Of a stretch of 64,000 nt of DNA, positions 33,775 to 58,445 are shown piece after piece. The notes beneath the pieces are model-generated. The model did no database searches, had not been told where the DNA came from, and saw only the letters and a list, made by a program, of their open reading frames with translations. The position numbers and the translations under genes are program-made. The number at the start of each line of letters is the position of its first letter. Position 1 is the stretch's first letter. The stretch is taken from contig OZ024741.1 of NCBI GenBank assembly GCA_964016885.1, positions 377,518,001 through 377,582,000 on the forward strand, read 5' to 3'. The DNA is from Eledone cirrhosa. Lineage: Eukaryota.

Positions 33775-34210
33775 CTAGCAGAAAAACTACCCTTAGAGCT
33801 TGTGTAGTGTGTATATTGATATTATACGCAAGTATATATACATGTAGATATGCACAGAAATTGAACGAATACTGTGTTACACTGTTTTATGCAATCAGTA
33901 ACGTAATCCATGATACATGAAAAAAAGACGATATTATATATAAACTGCAATAGGAGAAAATTAGTGACGGTAAAATAATATGTTTATTTAAGCGATCGCC
34001 AGCGGAAGTGTTAGCATTTGAAAATGTTAAACAAGTGAATCTTTAAATAAATAATCAAATATATTTAATGAACAGCCACGAAATTTAGTAGATATGTTAT
34101 GTAATATTTATTCATTATTTATTCAAAGTAATCCAACTTATTTTACTAATGGAAGAAAAAAATTATAAAACGAACGCAGTCCCGCGCTTCTTACTTTATT
34201 ATACTTTAGA
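33775..34210 (-). mobile_element. Non-autonomous Helitron (436 bp)
   Basis: On the minus strand it starts TC(TAAAG) and ends CTGCTAG. It is inserted between A and T with no TSD; the empty site tataataaa|tgttcggtaa is seen at ~33340-33358. An imperfect subterminal hairpin ACTAC...GTAGT lies just before CTAG. Confidence 0.8.
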
Positions 34211-34919
34211 TGTTCGGTAATCCCATGCGTGTATATATATATATATGTGTGCATGTATGTATGTATATACATACTAGGGTACGACTGTATACATATATGT
34301 ATGTAGGTATACATAGTTATATTTAAGTATCAGCCGAATTAAGAGTGAGAAAAACAATTTCATTTTTTCCATTTATCGTTTTCGGTACACCCGGCCGACT
34401 TCCTCACTCGATATGCAAATTAGGCTGCACAGCCGTTGATATGCATAAGGAAAGTATATACTTTCAAACGTTCAATCGACTGACAGGAAGGCATACGGTG
34501 TTAATGACAGCTAATAAGCTAGAAACTATTTCATCGTTGCTTTGTCATTGTTGAAAAAAAGGGCAACGATTGTTGCCGAACACTGTACGGCTACTAATTC
34601 GGGCTGTTTGTTTATAAACAAACCGAGCATTATAATAAATATTCGGTAAACCCATACGCAAATATATATGTGTGTGCATGTATGTATGTATATACATACT
34701 AGTGTACGTCTGTATACATATATGTATGTACTTGTATATACTTATATTTAAGTATCAGCCGTACTAAGAGTGAGAAATGAAATTTCATTTTTTCCATTTA
34801 TCGTTTTTGGTACACCCGGCCGACTTCCTCACTCGATATGCAAATTAGGCTGCTCAGCCGTTAATATGCATGAGGAATGTATATACTTTCAAACGTTCAA
34901 TCGACTGACAGGAAGGTAT

Positions 34920-34962
34920 ACGGTGCTGATGACAGCTAATAAGCTAGAAACTAGTTCATCGT
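34920..34962 (+). ncRNA. Minimal type I hammerhead, intact core
   Basis: ACGGTG-CTGATGA-cAGCtaataaGCTa-GAA-ACTAGT-T-CATCGT. Confidence 0.8.
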
Positions 34963-35331
34963 TCCTTTGTCAGTGTTTAACAAAAGGGCAACGATGGTTG
35001 CCGAACACTGTACGGCTTCTAAATAGGCCTGTTTGTTTACAAACAAACCAAACATTATAATAAATTTTCGGTAAACCTATACGTACATATATACTACTGT
35101 ACGTCTGTATACATATATGTATGCACTTATACATACTTATATGTATATATATAAATATATATATATAAATATTTATAACAACTAGAAATTGATTAACATA
35201 TAAATAAACATATGAAACAATCACAGACCTATTCATTAGAATCTTAGAGCTTATTTTACGGGTGATATGGCGCATGTCTCTGTGGCATGACACTCATAAT
35301 TTGATTTAGATTAAATTCATTTTGATTTATC

Positions 35332-35397
<66 letters not shown>

Positions 35398-35709
35398 GTA
35401 ATTCTCTCTCTCCGTCTCTCTCTCTTTATATATATATATACTTCGTATTGAAGTAAATGCGGTATCGTTTCAGGTAATCCAAGTACAAGGCTACGAGTAA
35501 CCTGTACCGTCGAGGATTTGACATGCACCGTTGGTTGGCTCGATAAGATGTTTACTTAGATTTGGAGTTCGGATGGCCGATTTTGGATATTGCCTATGTA
35601 AGCAGTTTCTGGAGTTTTAATAATGCAAGAATGGGGAATAACACGGAATAATTTTACTGCATCCGTGTTATTCTTCATACTTTCATTATATATATGTATA
35701 TATATATAT

Positions 35710-35801
35710 ATAGGAACCAGTAAGAACCCGACAGCTGAGCTCAAGCCGTTTCGACGTCGAAACGGCTTGAGCTCAGCTGTCAGGGTCTTACTGGTTCCTA
35801 T
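35710..35801. repeat. 92-bp near-perfect palindrome built from a hammerhead 3' half
   Basis: Centre tcgac|gtcga at 35755/35756, with 2 mismatches. The arm reads C-GAAA-CGGCT tgagctc AGCTG-TC-AGGG. Confidence 0.85.
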
Positions 35802-35877
35802 TACCCACTCTACTACCTCAAGTATTGAGTACTTTGGTGCGTTATGGTCCACCTGGTTCCTTACCACATTTCCTTCG

Positions 35878-35878
<1 letters not shown>

Positions 35879-35969
<91 letters not shown>

Positions 35970-36013
35970 TATATATAAATATATATATATATATATATAC
36001 ATATATATATTAT

Positions 36014-36044
<31 letters not shown>

Positions 36045-36128
36045 TATATTATATATAAATAAATATATATATATATACATATATATATTATATATAAATA
36101 TATATATATATATACATATATATATAAT

Positions 36129-36159
<31 letters not shown>

Positions 36160-36327
36160 TATATTATATATAAATATATATATATATATATATACATATA
36201 TATATTATATATAAATATATATATATATATATATACATATATATATTATATATAAATATATATATATATATACATATATATATTATATATAAATATATAT
36301 ATATATATATATACATATATATATTAT

Positions 36328-36358
<31 letters not shown>

Positions 36359-36375
36359 TATATTATATATAAATA

Positions 36376-36413
<38 letters not shown>

Positions 36414-36427
36414 CATATATATATTAT

Positions 36428-36458
<31 letters not shown>

Positions 36459-36523
36459 TATATTATATATAAATATATATATATATATACATATATATAT
36501 TATATATAAATATATATATATAT

Positions 36524-36582
<59 letters not shown>

Positions 36583-36716
36583 TATATATAAATATATATA
36601 TATATATATATACATATATATATTATATATAAATATATATATATATACATTTATATATTATATATAAATATATATATTATATATAAATATATATTTATAT
36701 ATATACATATATATAT

Positions 36717-36749
<33 letters not shown>

Positions 36750-36750
36750 G
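35879..36750. repeat. Compound (TA)n microsatellite/minisatellite
   Basis: (TA)n with recurring tacatatatatattatatataaa sub-units. Confidence 0.95.
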
Positions 36751-38216
36751 GAAAGTTATATTTAAATTGTTGGGTTAACAACGAGTAAATATTTATAACT
36801 GATATAAAGCACTCAACAAGTATTTTGAGTATATTTATGATATTAAATAAATGGAAACTATATTTATAAAACCATATTTATTTCGTTATATATATTTCAG
36901 GGATATCATATTAACAATATGTTATGCCTTCTTCAGACAAAATACAATATAAACAGTCTTATAAATAAATAGATACGACATACCTTTCAATCACCTTGCA
37001 TTTGTGAGGTTGATTTGGCAGTAAAAAATATTGTGGACAGTTGTAAAAAGAAAGAGATAAAGAGAGAAAGAAAGAGAAACGAAAAAGAAGAAATGCATGT
37101 GACTAAATAGAGAGATATAGAAAGATAGATAAAGAGAAGAACTTCATGTAAAGAAACAGAGAGAAATATATATAGAGAGAGGAAAAAAAAGAATGAGATA
37201 GATAGAGATAGATAGAGAAACTAGGAAGTTGGGTATCGGTTGATACATTTATTTATTTATTTATTTATTTATTTAGCTCTAGTATTAATGTAAAGAGAGA
37301 TGTATGTAGTTAAGAGAGAAAATAGCCGTTATATAGAGAGAAAAAAGAGAAAATGAAAAAAAGAAAATGAAACATAACCAGACATAAACGATGCAGAATT
37401 TAAAACCGCTATGTTTTATCCGTAGAAAATATTAGTTCGTATAAAACAGACATTATAATGTAAGTGCCAGTATTCAGGAATGAGACATGTATCTATAATG
37501 TGTGAAAAGTAATGATCTTATGTCTAGTTTTTAAAAATTCATATGTTTATATCATAATTATAAACAAACTCCCAATTCACACGAAAACATTCTCATTGTG
37601 CTATAAAAATTCAAGTATACATATATGTGTGTATATATACACATATATATAGAGTCTATATTAATTTTAACAATACTATTCTTGTCTTTATTCTACATGA
37701 TTGTCGATCAAGCAGAAATAGAGAACAGATTTCAATATATTAATAAAAATAAAAATAAAAATATCAGAGACAAGAAAATAAATAAATAAACAAACAGAAA
37801 ACTAAAACATTTAATATTAAAAATAAAAAAATATTACAAAATATTAAAAAATATTAAAAAATAATACAAATAAAACACAGAGATCAGCCTTTCAAAGTTA
37901 ATTGACAATATATTGCCAAGATCATCATAAGCATCAGAGTCGAAACAGATAAAACAAAAATTGTTTACCAAATCCTGTCTAGCAGAAATCATTCCAAAAG
38001 TTTAGGATACCCATTTGGTCTACATATGTTCTTATATTTAATATAGAAGTTTATCTAGTTTAAAAATTTAATTCGATATATTTGGAGCGTCAGCTTTTAG
38101 GGTAGTTTAATTATTCATGAAGAATGTTTTAATAAAAAGAATGTTTTAATAAAAAGAAGAAATCGAAAGATTTATCGGCTAGTTTCATAAATAAATACAA
38201 ATCAAATCAAACATAA

Positions 38217-40435
38217 CTACATTTTAAATTTAAATTTATATTTAAACGTTGAGTTCAATCTATGTCTGCAGCAACTGAATAAATTTGTCCGTAGATTAAG
38301 GGAATTTTTAGATTTTAGTATAAAGAATATCTCCTCCGCACAGAGGTCACATGTCTCAGAGGATGAATTAAAAGGAATCCCCCTTGAAACTATATTCCAA
38401 GTCGTCGAATATCTAACGTTATCATGCCTAAGTTGCCAGAGTACGCCTGATAGTGCTGTTGAAGATGTTTTGGATGAATCAGTGAAAGAATTCTTGTGGT
38501 TGTTATAGCGAAGTTTAAATTCCGTCGATGTAGAACCAACGTAGTTAAAAGAATTAACGTCCGTTTTAACATTACAGTTGTATATTATATTTTTAACTAA
38601 GCAGTTGTTATTTAACGGACATTTAGATCTATATCTACAGTTACATTTGTTAACTTGGATATTATTTATGCTATTATCGCTAGGTTTTAAGTTCCTGTTA
38701 TTTATTCTATTAATATTTTGCGCTAAATTTTTGGTGGATGAGTAGGTTAGTTTTATAGTATGTCTATTGAAAATTGAGTGATACCTATGTGTTCTAGGGA
38801 AGCGATTATCGAGAGCTTTAACAAATAGTTTAGCAATGTGGGTTCTAATGTTTAGTGAGAAAGGGGGGGGGGGGCAAACCATATTATATTCCTAGTTCTA
38901 TTTCTTTTATGGCTTTTGGAATTATTGTAATGCTTTCTATTATAGTTGTTAAGGTTGTGGCCATAATTAAAATAGTTGTTATTTTGTTTAATCTGTTTAT
39001 CATTATCTATGTACATAATTTTATCACTATATCCTGCTCTAGCTAACGCTTCATTGTAATAATGGGCTTTTTTATCGAAAATCTTTTTATTAGATGAGAT
39101 TCTAGAGATACGTGATTGAACAGAGTTTACTATAGTATTTTTAACAGATTTGGGGTGGTTAGAGTTAAAGCTGACATAGTTTAAGTTTTCATTCAACTTG
39201 TGAAATGGATAGTGAAGACATGTGTTGAGATTTAATGTTATATCTAGGAAGTTGACTATTCTATGGTTATTCTCAATTTCTATTTTTAGATTAAAGTGAT
39301 TAAAAAATTGTGTAATTTGTTTTCTTTTTCTATTTAGTTCAGAGTTATTATTATCAATAAGTAAAAGCATGTCATCTCTATATAAACCTCCGGTAGTACC
39401 AGGTATTTTCCTATGCAGCGAATTGATTAAAAATAAGCCCACAAGGTCAGTTACCTGAGCTGAGTCGGATGATCCCATAGTAATGTCAAAATTGTTATCT
39501 CTATCTGCTCGGGTCCATAGTTGGTCATTAAATTCTATCAGTGTTTTCCTAGCCGATAATATAATGTGCATTTCATTGCTAGTTAGGTCTGTATGTTTGA
39601 ATGCGTAATTTAGTGCCTTATTTAGTAGATTAGGGGTAATGGAAGAATAATAGTTAGCAATATCAAGTTGAATAAACTTATTATTATTGTTATATTTAAT
39701 TTGCTTAAACCACTCAACAACCTCACCAGTTCCCTTCCACAAGCTCAGGTTAGGTAAACAACTCAAGTTTTTAATTTGCTGTATCACCCTGTCAAGAATG
39801 TTTTTGCTTAGTTTACCCAGGTCCGATTTTCATGGTGCAATCAATCTGACTGGCAAGTCATTCTCGAAATTTCTCTTATGATCTATCATATTGATCTTCG
39901 GTTTCCTGGGCACGAAAGGTTGTGTTCTGTTCTCGATTTCCAACTCGTGCATTATACAAGATGCCTCAACATTCATTTTCTCTAGCTCGGCCTTATCTGC
40001 TACCTTGTACCTTTTCCTCAGTTCTTTTAGTATGAGGCCATTATACATGTCTTTCTGCACTCCATAGAGGTTGTTGGTCTTGTCAGATTTTACCAAGATC
40101 TTCTCAGTTTTCTCCAAGTTCTCAATATTATCCCTAATGCCATTCAGATATTCCTGGCCTTTTAAGTTTCTCTTAAATTTGACTCCTTGTATGATAGAAA
40201 TTATATCGTTTTCAAAGTCAGATAAAACTTTGTTGGGGGGTGGATTTCTTTTGGATTTGAAAACTTTGTTTAAGTCCGAGACATTTTCATTTATATTAGA
40301 TTTATCAAAGTGGAATGCTCGCCACCTGATTCTCCTTATAAAAGAGTCAGATTTATCTATTAATTATTTTATAAAGTCTTTGTTTCTATGTAGAGGTATG
40401 TCTTTTAAAGAGGAAGTAATCTTAAATAATTCCAT
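38217..40435 (-). CDS. PLE (Naiad-type) RT plus GIY-YIG polyprotein, ~739 codons, three interruptions
   Basis: MELFKITSSLKDIPLH...FIRRIRWRAF...KSDKTNNLY...RLIAP*KSDLG...LDIANYYSSI...MGSSDSAQVTDLVG...GLYRDD...WFAPP...CNCRYRSKCPLNNNC...IIYNC...YVGSTSTEFKLRY...CDLCAEE...CCRHR. Interruptions: TAA 40366-40364, TGA 39832-39830, and a +1 shift in the G12 run 38863-38874. Confidence 0.9.
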
Positions 40436-41195
40436 TTTTTCAGTTATAATATAAAGCGCTCAACAGTATTGGAGCATATATATATGTGTATATATACACA
40501 TATATATAGAGTCTCAATTTCTAGTTTTAATTTTTATAGCACAATGAGAATGCTTTCGTGTGAATTGGGAGTTTGTTTATAATTATGATATAAACATATG
40601 AATTTTTAAAAACTAGACATAAGATCATTACTTTTCACACATTATAGATACATGTCTCATTCCTGAATACTGGCACTTACATTATAATGTCTGTTTTATA
40701 CGAACTAATATTTTCTACGGATAAAACATAGCGGTTTTAAATTCTGCATCGTTTATGTCTGGTTATGTTTCATTTTCTCTTTTTCATTTTCTCTTTTTTC
40801 GCTCTATATAACGGCTATTTTCTCTCTTAACTACATACATCTCTCTTTACATTAATACTAGAGCTAAATAAATAAATAAATAAATAAATAAATGTATCAA
40901 CCGATACCCAACTTCCTAGTTTCTCTATCTATCTCTATCTATCTCATTCTTTTTTTTCCTCTCTCTATATATATTTCTCTCTGTTTCTTTACATGAAGTT
41001 CTTCTCTTTATCTATCTTTCTATATCTCTCTATTTAGTCACATGCATTTCTTCTTTTTCGTTTCTCTTTCTTTCTCTCTTTATCTCTTTCTTTTTACAAC
41101 TGTCCACACTATTTTTTACTGCCAAATCAACCTCACAAATGCAAGGTGATTGAAAGGTATGTCGTATCTATTTATTTATAAGACTGTTTATATTG

Positions 41196-41261
41196 TATTT
41201 TGTCTGAAGAAGGCATAACATATTGTTAATATGATATCCCTGAAATATATATAACGAAATA
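41196..41261 (+). ncRNA. Minimal type I hammerhead in pLTR, intact (identical mirror copy 36879-36944 on minus)
   Basis: TATTTTGT-CTGAAGA-AGG cata...tatg atatc CCT-GAA-ATATATAT-A-ACGAAATA; 8-bp helix I and palindromic helix III. Confidence 0.8.
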
Positions 41262-41301
41262 AATATGGTTTTATAAATATAGTTTCCATTTATTTAATAT
41301 C

Positions 41302-51712
<10,411 letters not shown>

Positions 51713-51777
51713 TTAAGCTCTGTTGCTTACATAGAGCACTCTTTTTTCCTGGACTTTTCCGATGGAATTACTTCATT

Positions 51778-52419
<642 letters not shown>

Positions 52420-52420
<1 letters not shown>

Positions 52421-52920
52421 TACTTTCTTTATTAACCACGAGGGTTTACACAAGGTAGACATTAAGGACAGTACAGGACAATACAGGATGGTACAAATGG
52501 GCATTTCTGCTTGTAAAAAAAAAAAAACAGAGTTTGTACTAAAAAGAACAATGAAAAATTCCCCAATAGGGGGGGGGGTGCTTCGGAGGGCCATCGTGGA
52601 GAATGCCCATTAAATAAAAGCCACGGTCACCCTAACCACCAGGGCAAGTGTCCTCTCCCAGTTTTCCACGTTAAATTTACAGGCATATACACAGAGTAGA
52701 TCCATTCACTCGGGCCATTCTTGCCTCTCTCACCCATCTTTCAACAAAAAGCGGGGAAGAGAGCACTTTCCTCTCTATCCTGATTTTCCTTTTCAAATAA
52801 AATGTGAAAAAGTTAATCAGCGCATCACCGAAGAGGTAATTGCTCGTCTTCAGCCCTTTCAGCCGCGTCCACCATACTATCTCTTTCGCCATGGCCACCG
52901 GACAGATACAAACTGCCAAT
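52420..52920 (-). mobile_element. L1/Tx1-like LINE 3' end with 3' UTR and (TTA)n tail; related copy at ~59310-59720
   Basis: ORF 52677..52919 (MAKEIVWWTRLKG...YLKRKIRIERKVL...FVERW) is homologous to the 59428-59680 peptides (KKVVRWIRLKELK; YLERKMWVERKVL). The clade call is from recalled similarity only. Confidence 0.55.
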
Positions 52921-53093
52921 AAATGTGAAGACTAAAATGAAAAGAGGGCTCAATAATAAGGACAAATATATATCATATAAATAAGAACGCTAGAGCAAAT
53001 ATTTATTTAGTTTCAGAAGATCCCCTTAAGGGTGAAAGCAGCGATTCTTTGCTTAAACTGTAATCTGTTATTTTAATGAATACATATTTTTTG

Positions 53094-53143
<50 letters not shown>

Positions 53144-53233
53144 TATTTATGTAAAAGGTAAAGAGAAATAACACAATCGGTACAGTATATAGGAGGCATA
53201 TATTAGTTAATGCTTGATTTAGCAGGAAGAGGG

Positions 53234-53500
53234 TCTTCGCGTTTCGAGCGCTAGTCCTTCATCAGAAGAAATAATGAGAAATGAGATAGATCGAGGGGAT
53301 GGGCGGTTTGGAATTGGAACAAATTTCTTTAGATACAAATAACAGGTCCATCCATGTTGACATCTCTTGCAAAACTGTTGGTGCTGGCATTTTGTGTACG
53401 ATACATTTTTTTAGAAAAGTGGATGATGGACCGGGTCTACCTGGAATGGAAAAAAAAAACGTTTTGTAGAAAGAGCTATACTTGTGCACGTGCGTAAGCA
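53234..53500 (-). mobile_element. Decayed PLE 3' end with a degenerate minimal HHR (53234-53269)
   Basis: TCTT-CTGATGA-AGGACTAGCGCTC-GAAA-CGCG-AAGA. The upstream remnant LFQFQTAHPLDL resembles a PLE C-terminus. Confidence 0.5.
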
Positions 53501-53783
53501 GGTGTGTGTGTATATATTTGTGTGTGTGTGTGTGTATGTGTGTGTCTGTGGGTGTGGATGTTCCTATATGTCCGTACGAAGCTAAGCATAAATGTGTATG
53601 TATATGTAAGGAAATAAGTTTGTATGCGTGTAAGTACGAAGCTCGATGAATCAGACTTCCTTCAGTCCTGGTGTGCGAGGCTTGTGATCCATATATGTAC
53701 TAACAATTGAAAACATAAAGAAAACAAAGGGACCAATAACATTTAATTTATGTATCACAATATATCTGTTCTACGACAAAAAG

Positions 53784-53841
<58 letters not shown>

Positions 53842-54375
53842 ATCATATGTAAATAAACATATTTTTCTTTTCTTTCATAATTTTTAATATGAAAATATTA
53901 TTACGTAGGCAAGCGTACAATATTATCATTATACCCCAACATAAGTCGCATTGCTATAAACACTAAAGTTAATCTGTATTTTCCGTTCTGATATTATTTT
54001 CTCTTGCATCTAATGAAGTATTAGTTGTTTTACGTTTTTTTTTTAATTCAATTTATTTTAATGTTTCTAAATATATTCTATTCGATAATATATTTCCATG
54101 TAATAATTAGAGTGTTATTAATATATTCAATATGAAGTAAAGTTAAGATTTGATTCCTGAAATAGTTCGTTGAAAGTATGGTGAATACAAGATAATGAGA
54201 AGTAAACTTCCTTCACGCTGTTGAGAAAAGTTTTATTACAGACATGTAGACACCATTAAGTAGTCACATTTTTTCTCGTAGAACAGATATATTGTGATAC
54301 ACAATTAAATTTTATTGGTGCCTTTGTTTTCTTTATATGTTTTCAATTTTGTAGTACATCTTTCTAACAGCTTAC

Positions 54376-54940
54376 TAATTCTCTGGAGAGACACATAGTC
54401 TGTAATATGATTCCCAAATCGTATTCAAATCTATCTTTTACAAGATTATTTGTTTTCTTTATGTACTCTTCAAAGGACTAAAAGTGAATACACATACTGA
54501 CTAAGATTGATGGTATTTTGATGTTAGAAAATAACATATATGTAGGCAGTTTGCAACTATTTGATGATGGTTCATAGCATATACGTTTTACCTGGTTTCA
54601 GTAGTTTCAATGTGTTTCTTTTTCGATATATGTACGATGTATAAAAGAGATCTAGTTATGTTTGTAAATGTTAACCATGTAAATACCATTATTGATATTT
54701 TAAACAAAAACAAAAGACGGTCGTTCATAAATATTTAAATGTGATCTCTAGAGTAAAAGAAAAGAATATATAGCCATTGCTAGGTGTAAGCAGGTCTCCC
54801 ATTACGTAACTGAAATTGCTTCATGGGAGTGACGAGAACAATTGATGAATTAAGCAAACTGTATTCGCTATAAATATGAAAGCTCTCAGTGTTACTATAC
54901 AAAATATAATTGTCTTCAATGACAATGTTACTGGTATGAG
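54376..54940 (-). pseudogene. Three consecutive candidate exons: 54940-54806, 54651-54592, 54477-54376
   Basis: All AG/GT-bounded: HTSNIVIEDNYILYSNTESFHIYSEYSLLNSSIVLVTPMKQFQL (phase 1/1); LFYTSYIYRKRNTLKLL.. (needs a 1-nt correction to join the next exon); SFEEYIKKTNNLVKDRFEYDLGIILQTMCLSREL (phase 0/0, cttttAG / GTaagc). Confidence 0.6.
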
Positions 54941-55153
54941 CTGCAGGAACACTTTCCGCTTTATTGTAATTATATATATATATATATATATATATAAAGT
55001 GCGGCAGAAACTCGAGTCCGGGTGCGCTTTACGTGTGTTGTGTTGAAGCAAATAATTTCTGTATACTCTGGGAATGTATCTTACAATGTCCATGGAGTGT
55101 GCTGGGATACAACAGGTACTGGCATTGATAAATATGCTGGGACCGTCAACCCT

Positions 55154-55219
<66 letters not shown>

Positions 55220-55357
55220 ATAATAATAAAATTGAAGACTAAAATCCAAAGAGGGCTCGATAAGGAAAATATATATCAAATATATGAGAACCGTAGAGCA
55301 AATATTTATTTGGGTGAAAGCAGCGATTATTTGCTTAAACTTTAATCTGTTATTTTA

Positions 55358-55410
<53 letters not shown>

Positions 55411-55983
55411 ATGGTGTTAAAGTTTGCTTGAAGCATAGTGAAATGTGTAAAATATGTAGTTTAGAAAGCCACAACAATGCAGATGTTTATACAACCTACC
55501 ACCTTTCACACCCTTTGATTTCCAGCTTCTACGGCCCACTAGCTTTCACACACACACACTCACATACATACACACATACACATATACACACACAGTTACA
55601 CACACATATATATATTTACACACACATATTTTACGGCTTTCACACGCTAGCGCACCCTATTGATTTAACCGAATTAGTCAGTAGCTTTTGCCACAGCCTA
55701 TCACGCGCACGCGCATTCTTTCCCTCGTTTGAATTTTTCCCCATAACGGCATTCTATGTTTTAACGACAATACAACTTTCTCCGGCTTAGCCTGTTCCCC
55801 CCCCCCCCCTTTTGGAACTTTCCCCCGTTGATGGGCGTAAGCCCGAAATATTGGGATTAAATCTCCACTACGGTAACCATTCTACCTTTGTTTTGTTTTC
55901 ATTTTCGTTTCTGTCAATTTTCACCTATTTCTCACTCACTTCCTACCTCGAGATTTCCCATCTGCATTGTTGTGGCTTTCTAA

Positions 55984-56029
<46 letters not shown>

Positions 56030-56227
56030 ATACACACACACACACACATACACGCACAAGTGTGTATATATACATATATATAAATATAAATATAATAAAG
56101 CATGTCTCCCTACATGCAAAATACATATATCTTGAGACTTGAAACCGTACGTTAAGGGTAATTACAGCAGGTACAGTGAACTTTTGAAAATTTATTTTAA
56201 AACTTTTTCTCATTTGCTAAACCTTGA

Positions 56228-56300
<73 letters not shown>

Positions 56301-57201
56301 AAAAGAGATGAAATCGAAGATGCAACTGGAGTCTTATTTTTTTTTTAAATATATATATTTATTTTGTTCCTTTACCGGTTTCGCAATTCTTCTGCTTTTC
56401 AAAAGGTGAGTTGAGATGGAGGGTCTGTGGTTTTTCTCACATCTGGTTGGTCTCTGAATGTAACTTGTTTTATATGGGAAAAGTGGCTCGAAATGCCAGA
56501 GAAGTAATTTGATTGGTTTGTCAATAATTATAATAAATTTCGCGCCAGTTCGTGTTACAATAGTTCTTCAAATAAGATGCGGGGGGGGGGGGGGGTTGTC
56601 ACAGGTTGTTTTTTTCATATATGAGTGTTTTAATTTCTTTTTACTTGAAAAAAGGGGCTCACAAAGGCTTTTTTTTTTTGGTTGGTTATAAATGAAATTA
56701 TTTGGCTGTCACGTGAACAAGTTTTCATTAAATTTTCGTGCCGTTATTTGGAAATCCATTCTGTAGCCTTTTTAGAGAATTTTATGATAAGTGAAAGACA
56801 ATGGTCAAGAGAAAGGGATGGGATAATTGTTCTGGTTCAGTGAATATGGTTAGTTCGCTGGAGTGTCAGAATTCAGATTTTCTATTGAATAAAGAAAGTA
56901 AAGATATGTATGTTTATTTGTCTGCTTGTGTGTGTGTGCGTGTGTGTGTGTGTGTTTGAATTTCTTTACTTAAAAAAAGGTGTCTCACGAAGGCTTTTTT
57001 TAATAAACGTGATTTGATTGGTAATAAATGAAATTTGGCTGTCACGTGAACAAGTTTTCATTACATTTTTGCGCCCTTATAAAGAACCAACCAACCGGAA
57101 ATTTATAAATTCTTAAAATTATAAATTTAATTTGTAATAAATTGGAGTGAAAGCAACTAGTGCGCGTGTTTCTTATTGGCAACATGATCCTCCCAAAGTA
57201 T

Positions 57202-57245
<44 letters not shown>

Positions 57246-57257
57246 GCACGCACGCAC

Positions 57258-57403
<146 letters not shown>

Positions 57404-58445
57404 TTTTTTTTTAAGTTCAATGATACTAAGCATATGAAAAGGAAATTATTCAAGTTACTGTGTTAAGATGCGGTGTTAAAGTATACAAAATAGTCAGGTC
57501 GACACGAAGGCCTACACATAAATTCATATACATTCTGATACACAATACACAAAACCCATAAATGGACCTAACAACAAGCTTATAGACACACGCCCACACA
57601 TATAATCACAAACACACACCTTTACTGAAAACACAATTTTAACATACATAGGCAAATAAATACACCTAGAAACAAAAATAAACGTTAAACTCACACATCT
57701 CACATCACACTGACCTAACTAGAAGAATCACTTTGAATTCCTTTAATTCTTTTCAATAGTTAAAACGTTTAGCCTATTGTATTGATACACCCGAGTCTTC
57801 ATCTTTAATGCGACTCTCATCCCGCCGCAACATTTTATATTTGTCCACCAGCCACTCGTGGTTACCAAAAATCATTCTGTGCTATCCAGAAAAACGCATT
57901 CTGACACACCCCAGAGTGATAACATCCTCACACTATGACATATACTTGTATGTACTCTCACATACTCATGTACACAAATAACCATACACAAACACACATT
58001 TACACACATAAGCATTCACACATAAACACATAAAAATAATATACATATACAGACATACGTTACGGAGAACACAAACTAAATCAGACGCACGCTCAAACGT
58101 ACACGGACACCAAACCAATGCATTCACACTCCTATTGGTAATACAGAAAACACTCACTATTTCGTGTGTTGGAATGCATGTACGTTTATACGTAGACTGC
58201 AAAGAAAACAAATCATGCCATTTATTTTGAACATGTTGACTATAAACCAATTTCTTTTTCGTATAAATTAAAAGAAATCAAAGCGAATTAAATGTTAATA
58301 TGGCTTCATATATCAAAGAAGAAATGTATAAAATACTGTTATGCAATTTATAAAAGATCACATCATGGAATGAAATTATAGAAAACGATTATTAAGTGGA
58401 ATTTGTTTTATATACTAGTCAGAAAAACGGAAAGTTAACGCATAC

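Larger units (their letters stand above)
33240..35135 (+). mobile_element. Tandem array (~3.3 units, period ~425 bp) of the HHR repeat family, second subfamily
   Basis: HHRs at 33630-33672, 34495-34537 and 34920-34962; spacing of the last two is 425 bp. A short inverted piece lies at 33240-33320. A Helitron interrupts the array at 33775-34210. Confidence 0.85.
36750..41302 (-). mobile_element. Young, near-intact Naiad-type PLE with ~775-bp inverted pseudo-LTRs (36837-37612 / 40530-41302)
   Basis: The inverted arms differ at only a handful of positions and each contains an HHR. The ORF spans 40435-38217. Confidence 0.92.

Noticed and set aside
33240-35135. Repeated 60-100 aa ORFs (FPFIVFGTPGRLPHSICKLG...) and a CRISPR-like periodicity
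   Set aside because: ORF starts, stops and frames are not conserved between copies. The units are whole ~425-bp repeats with no unique spacers or cas genes, and the context is eukaryotic.
37880-37935. Possible SECIS (minus strand ATGATG...AAT...TGAT)
   Set aside because: Helix II between the putative quartet halves does not pair.
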